A stretch of DNA of 63,471 nucleotides, the filler included, from Saprolegnia diclina VS20 (taxonomy: Eukaryota), in the NCBI RefSeq assembly GCF_000281045.1. It is 12 parts of 2 records of this genome, joined end to end, with 100 filler letters (N's around TTAATTAATTAA, not from the genome) between each part and the next. Parts side by side here need not be neighbours in the genome. Positions count along the whole stretch, not along the records: positions 56,025 to 61,945 come from NW_008246160.1; positions 62,046 to 63,471 come from NW_008246160.1; 10 more parts are not named here. One strand, given 5' to 3'. Positions within the stretch are counted from its first letter, which is position 1. Each line of letters opens with the position of its first letter. The translations under genes and the position numbers were made by a program. Shown here in pieces: positions 59,796 to 63,471 of this stretch. The notes under the pieces are model-generated. The model made no database searches and was not told the origin of the DNA. It was given only the letters and a program-made list of their open reading frames with translations.

Positions 59796-61152
59796 TTAAA
59801 GCATCGGGTGCCATCCGCGGCTCAATCCAGGGACCGATGTCCGCGGCAAGCGCTCGCTCGTCGGGACCTTGTGCGTGTGGCAGTAGGCTTCGTACTCGCC
59901 CCAGAGATCCTCAGTGTCGGCGTACACTGTCGACTCTGTCGCAAGCAAATCTTCTTTGTAAAAGAACCGGCGCGGTGGCAATGTCCTCGTCCATTCCGTC
60001 TCGGACGAGTCGTGGCGACAGAAGCGCGTCAGTCGCGACGGCCGCTGTGCGTAGCAGCGACCGCAAAACGTAAAGATGGCTTGCGGGCACTTGGCACAGG
60101 CGACGACACAGCCCACGATCGGAGTGTGGCACACCATGCAGCACAGAGGCCACGTCTCGGGCGCGTCCTCGTCGGATGCCACCACATAGTCGCGGACGAG
60201 ACGCAAACTGTCGGTGGCCGGTGCGCCCGCGTGGACCGCCATGTGGTAGAGTGCCCATGCGCTGACTTTGCTCGGCATATCGCGGAGCGCGCGGCCAAAG
60301 TAGGCAAGGGCGTCGTCCGTCTTGCCCAAGTGCTGGTGCGTCGCGCCGAGGTTGAGATGTACTACTCAAATGCACAGTATTGTCAACCAGCATCTCATCG
60401 ACAAACTACCGGCCGTTAGAAAGTACAGATCGTTGCGCGCCTCAAAGGCGGTCTTGAGAGACAAAAGCGCCGACGTTGCAAGCTGCGCATCACCGTCCAT
60501 CATCATGGTTGTTGCCAACTGAAGGCGCATGAGCAACGTGTTGATGTGGTCGGCGCCAAACGCTCGTTCGTAGGACGAGAGAATCGTCGCCCAAAGCGGC
60601 CGCGCTTGCGACGGCGCCCCCACGCGCATGCGTGCGACAGCGAGCTGCGACAACGTGGTCAGTGTGGCCTTGTGCTCGGGTCCAAGGCACGTCACTTGCG
60701 TCATATACGCTTTGCGCAGCCAGCGCGACGCCACCGTTGGCTGCAAGAGGCAGCTGTAGAGGTGGCCGATCAACGCCGCAGCCTTGGCCGTGCGCACGTT
60801 GCCGAGGCCGTCGATTGACCGTCGCACGTTAAATTCGTCGAGCGCCAGCGGCAGTGCTTCCGCAAAGGCGTCGTCGTGCGCCAGCGCAAAGGCAAAGCTG
60901 CCGCGGGTCGCCAACGTTGTCGGGTGTGTCTCGCCGAGGTGCGTCAGCGCAGTTGCGAGCGTCGTGCAGAAGAGCGGTTCCCACTCGGACCGCGGCTTGC
61001 GCTGGAACGCCATGGCCTGCGCGATATGCGACTGCAGCGACAGCGTCTCGGCGTCACGAGGGCCATTGACGCTCAAGGACAAGGCCAGAGCCTCACGGTA
61101 GCAGCGCTCGCTCTCGGCGCGATCGTTGACGTCGTCGTGAAACGACCCGAGC
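59796..61152 (-). CDS. TPR + ZZ-like zinc finger protein, paralog 3 (5' in gap)
   Basis: LGETHPTTL, LGPEHKATL and FGADHINTL repeats; same phase-1 intron; ends RGWHPML. Confidence 0.82.
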
Positions 61153-61252
61153 NNNNNNNNNNNNNNNNNNNNNNNNNNNNNNNNNNNNNNNNNNNNNNNN
61201 NNNNNNNNNNNNNNNNNNNNNNNNNNNNNNNNNNNNNNNNNNNNNNNNNNNN

Positions 61253-61354
61253 TGGGTCGCCGGTTCGATTCCAGAGTCGGTGCTGCAAACCACGCTGCAT
61301 CATTTGCACAAGGCGTCGTTGTCGCTGGCGGCGATCGAGACGGCGCTCGAGCTG
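61253..61354. repeat. 102-bp inverted copy of Nup160 coding sequence 46733-46834
   Basis: Reverse complement matches with one mismatch; directly abuts an N gap. Confidence 0.9.
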
Positions 61355-61446
61355 TCGTTTTTGTCCAGGGTGCGTTGGGTGGTGTGATGTGATTGGATAA
61401 AAAGCAGCCAATGAGATAAAAGGGGAAAATGTGGGCAGTTTGCAAA

Positions 61447-61913
61447 ATGACGACCAAGGCGCAGGAGGTATGAGGCGCCATCAATGGAGGCGCAAGGGCG
61501 CGGATGCGACCATGTAGGAAGCGCTTCTCGACGCTGCAGAAGTGGGCAGTTTGGATGACGTCATCTCCTCTCTCGAAAAAGGCGTCGACGTCAACTGCAA
61601 GAGCAACGTACGTTGATTTCCATCGAGGACCATCGAGAATTGATGTCACCATCGGTGTAGTTGCGCTGGACACCATTGCACTGGGCTGCTTCCAATGGTC
61701 ATTTGGAGATCGTCCGCTTTTTGATCGAGAAGGGCGCGGCCATCGACGTCAAAGACAAGGTAAGTTTTGTGTTTTGTATTTCTCACGTGTGTTATTGTGT
61801 GATTTCTGGTGTAGAGTGGTTACACACCATTGCACGAAGCTGCTGCCAATGGTCATTTGGAGATCGTCCGCTTGTTGCTGACGAAGGGCGCGGCCATCGA
61901 CGTCAAAACCAAA
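61447..61913 (+). CDS. Ankyrin-repeat protein, 5' part, one repeat per exon
   Basis: Exons 61447-61467, 61518-61607, 61661-61759 and 61815-61913, all phase 0; [15 protein letters not shown] and [15 protein letters not shown]. Confidence 0.85.
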
Positions 61914-62045
61914 GTATGTTACTTCACACAATGCTACGCGGGAGANNNNNNNNNNNNNNNNNNNNNNNNNNNNNNNNNNNNNNNNNNNNTTAATTAATTA
62001 ANNNNNNNNNNNNNNNNNNNNNNNNNNNNNNNNNNNNNNNNNNNN

Positions 62046-62167
62046 TGGAAGTTGCGGCCGTAGATACCCCACTCCATAAAGTAGACGACGTTCTTGTAGC
62101 CAGTGGCGTCCACCGACGACGCGGCGAGCGCAGCAGCAGCGAGAAGAGGCTTGGAGATGACGACCAT
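62046..62167 (-). CDS. Secreted GH18 chitinase, N-terminal fragment (not in the ORF track)
   Basis: MVVISKPLLAAAALAASSVDATGYKNVVYFMEWGIYGRNF: signal peptide plus the first GH18 beta-strand motif; truncated by a linker. Confidence 0.82.
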
Positions 62168-62171
62168 GATG

Positions 62172-62188
62172 GAAATTGGAAAATGAAA
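62172..62188 (-). promoter_or_regulatory. INR+FPR core promoter of the chitinase gene
   Basis: Minus strand TTTCATTTTCCAATTTC immediately upstream of the ATG. Confidence 0.68.
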
Positions 62189-63471
62189 TCGACACGCTCA
62201 CCGATTCGACGCCCCCCTTCGGTTTAACGCGCCATGCTTGAAAAGAACCAGCTTCAAGGACAGAAGCAGTATTTTGGTGCTATTCCGGGTCGCATACGAA
62301 GGCGACCACCCAGAGGTTCAACAAGCAAACATACAACAGTAGTAGCCTATCGTGGTGGGACGATGCTTGGAGGGTCGTACAATTCTTCAAGTCTCAGATA
62401 CGCGAATGGACACCGAGTTCGAAGGTGGACGTTCACGCGTGTTCGCTCAAAACGTGTGTTTTGGTGGGTTTGGTGCCTAATATTCAATGGCTACTACCAA
62501 GGCCACACATATGACCTTGTCACTAGTACTTGTGAGAAGAACTATAAAGCAGCATGCGACTAAAAATGACGAAATAGAGTCTGTCCATGATGTTTCCAAT
62601 GGTCTCTCTGATGGAGATTTGGACATTTCAAAGCGGATGTTGGCTCCAACTAGTATTGGGTTTGTTGGGATGGTGGTGATTGGATAAAATTTGCGCAAAA
62701 TGAGGTGAACGGAAGTGGTAATGGTTTGATGTGTTCGACATAACTATGTAGAGTGTTCTCGCCGGTCGCCGTCCGTCATGGTGCAACTGTAGGACCATAT
62801 GCAACTTGAGGTTGCGGACGGTATGCGCATGGATGCTCTCGTACTTAAACGGCCTGCGCCTGCCGATTCGGAAGCCGCTTCAGTGCAAGCTGTGTTCGTG
62901 ACCAGCTCGACAGCTTCAAGAGACATCGTCCCACCGCGAATGAACAAAGTTGGACAAAAACGCATGCCTATCTGTGTTGACACAGCCACCGTATATTGAA
63001 AAATCGCCAACAATTGTGTGTCTGATACTACATCTGAGACTGCACTGGATCGGCGAGCCACGTTCTGGTGCTCGTTTCGTTGTAATAAATAAGCGTACTG
63101 TGTACCGGTACGCAGAGGCTCGCTTCCATACAAAGTGGTACGATGTTGAACCAGAACTTCGTCTCAAGTCACCGTCCAAATCGATGGTTAACCAGGAGAA
63201 AGCGTCGAGTTCCTGCAGCCTGAATAGCTGCGAGCTGGAGTTGCTGCGATTTGCCCCTTTCGCTCATCCATTCTGCCCCAATGAGTCAAATTTGTAGACA
63301 CTAGAGTTTCAATCATTGCAGACAAAACGTTTTCTACAGTGTGTACTGCTTGCTACTAACTAGGACGGGCAAAGTCTCGATCAGTAAACGCTTGTGTCGA
63401 ATGCTCAAGCAGGTTCCGTCATGTATTCGGAACCCAATGACCCAAGGTATCCTGTGTCACTTACAACGGAG

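Noticed and set aside
15371..62001. Recurrent TTAATTAATTAA as a biological repeat or CRISPR-like array
   Set aside because: Always centred in N runs; a synthetic six-frame-stop linker. No CRISPR, tRNA or rRNA was recognised in the window.
62234..63471. Short ORFs in lower-GC sequence, possibly a decayed element
   Set aside because: No TIR, LTR or recognisable protein motif found.

Overview
Eukaryotic, GC-rich, short-intron (about 40-55 nt) DNA, most likely from an oomycete of the Saprolegniales (Saprolegnia/Achlya-like). This is inferred from the INR+FPR core promoters, a START-FYVE-GAF gene, and ankyrin-TKL kinase and TPR families. The window is a draft pseudo-scaffold: eleven artificial N44-TTAATTAATTAA-N44 linkers and five plain N gaps split it, so many genes are partial. 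It contains a deleted PIF/Harbinger element, three divergent DAACS (SLC1-like) transporters, a DUF2306/ferredoxin-reductase-like fusion, an inverted head-to-head trypsin pair, cyclin L, a Zn-finger protein, a FYVE-GAF protein, two large membrane-protein paralogs, three KH genes, a helicase remnant, tectonin-like secreted proteins, threonine dehydratase, Nup160, three TKL kinases (two look catalytically degenerate), three TPR-ZZ genes, an ankyrin gene and the start of a GH18 chitinase. Strongest observations: (1) the odd A/C-rich 1.1-kb spacer between the trypsin genes behaves as a superposition of both orientations of one segment, pointing to an assembly ambiguity or a real inversion; (2) all three DAACS share a rewired ion/substrate site (NMDG to N[K/R]NG, R397 to A/S, D405 to N in GltPh numbering); (3) the DUF2306-reductase fusion could be a one-polypeptide transmembrane electron chain; (4) a possible immune-like cluster of TPR-ZZ genes and ankyrin (pseudo)kinases with one repeat per phase-0 exon. 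Family calls come from motif recognition by eye; no database searches were run.
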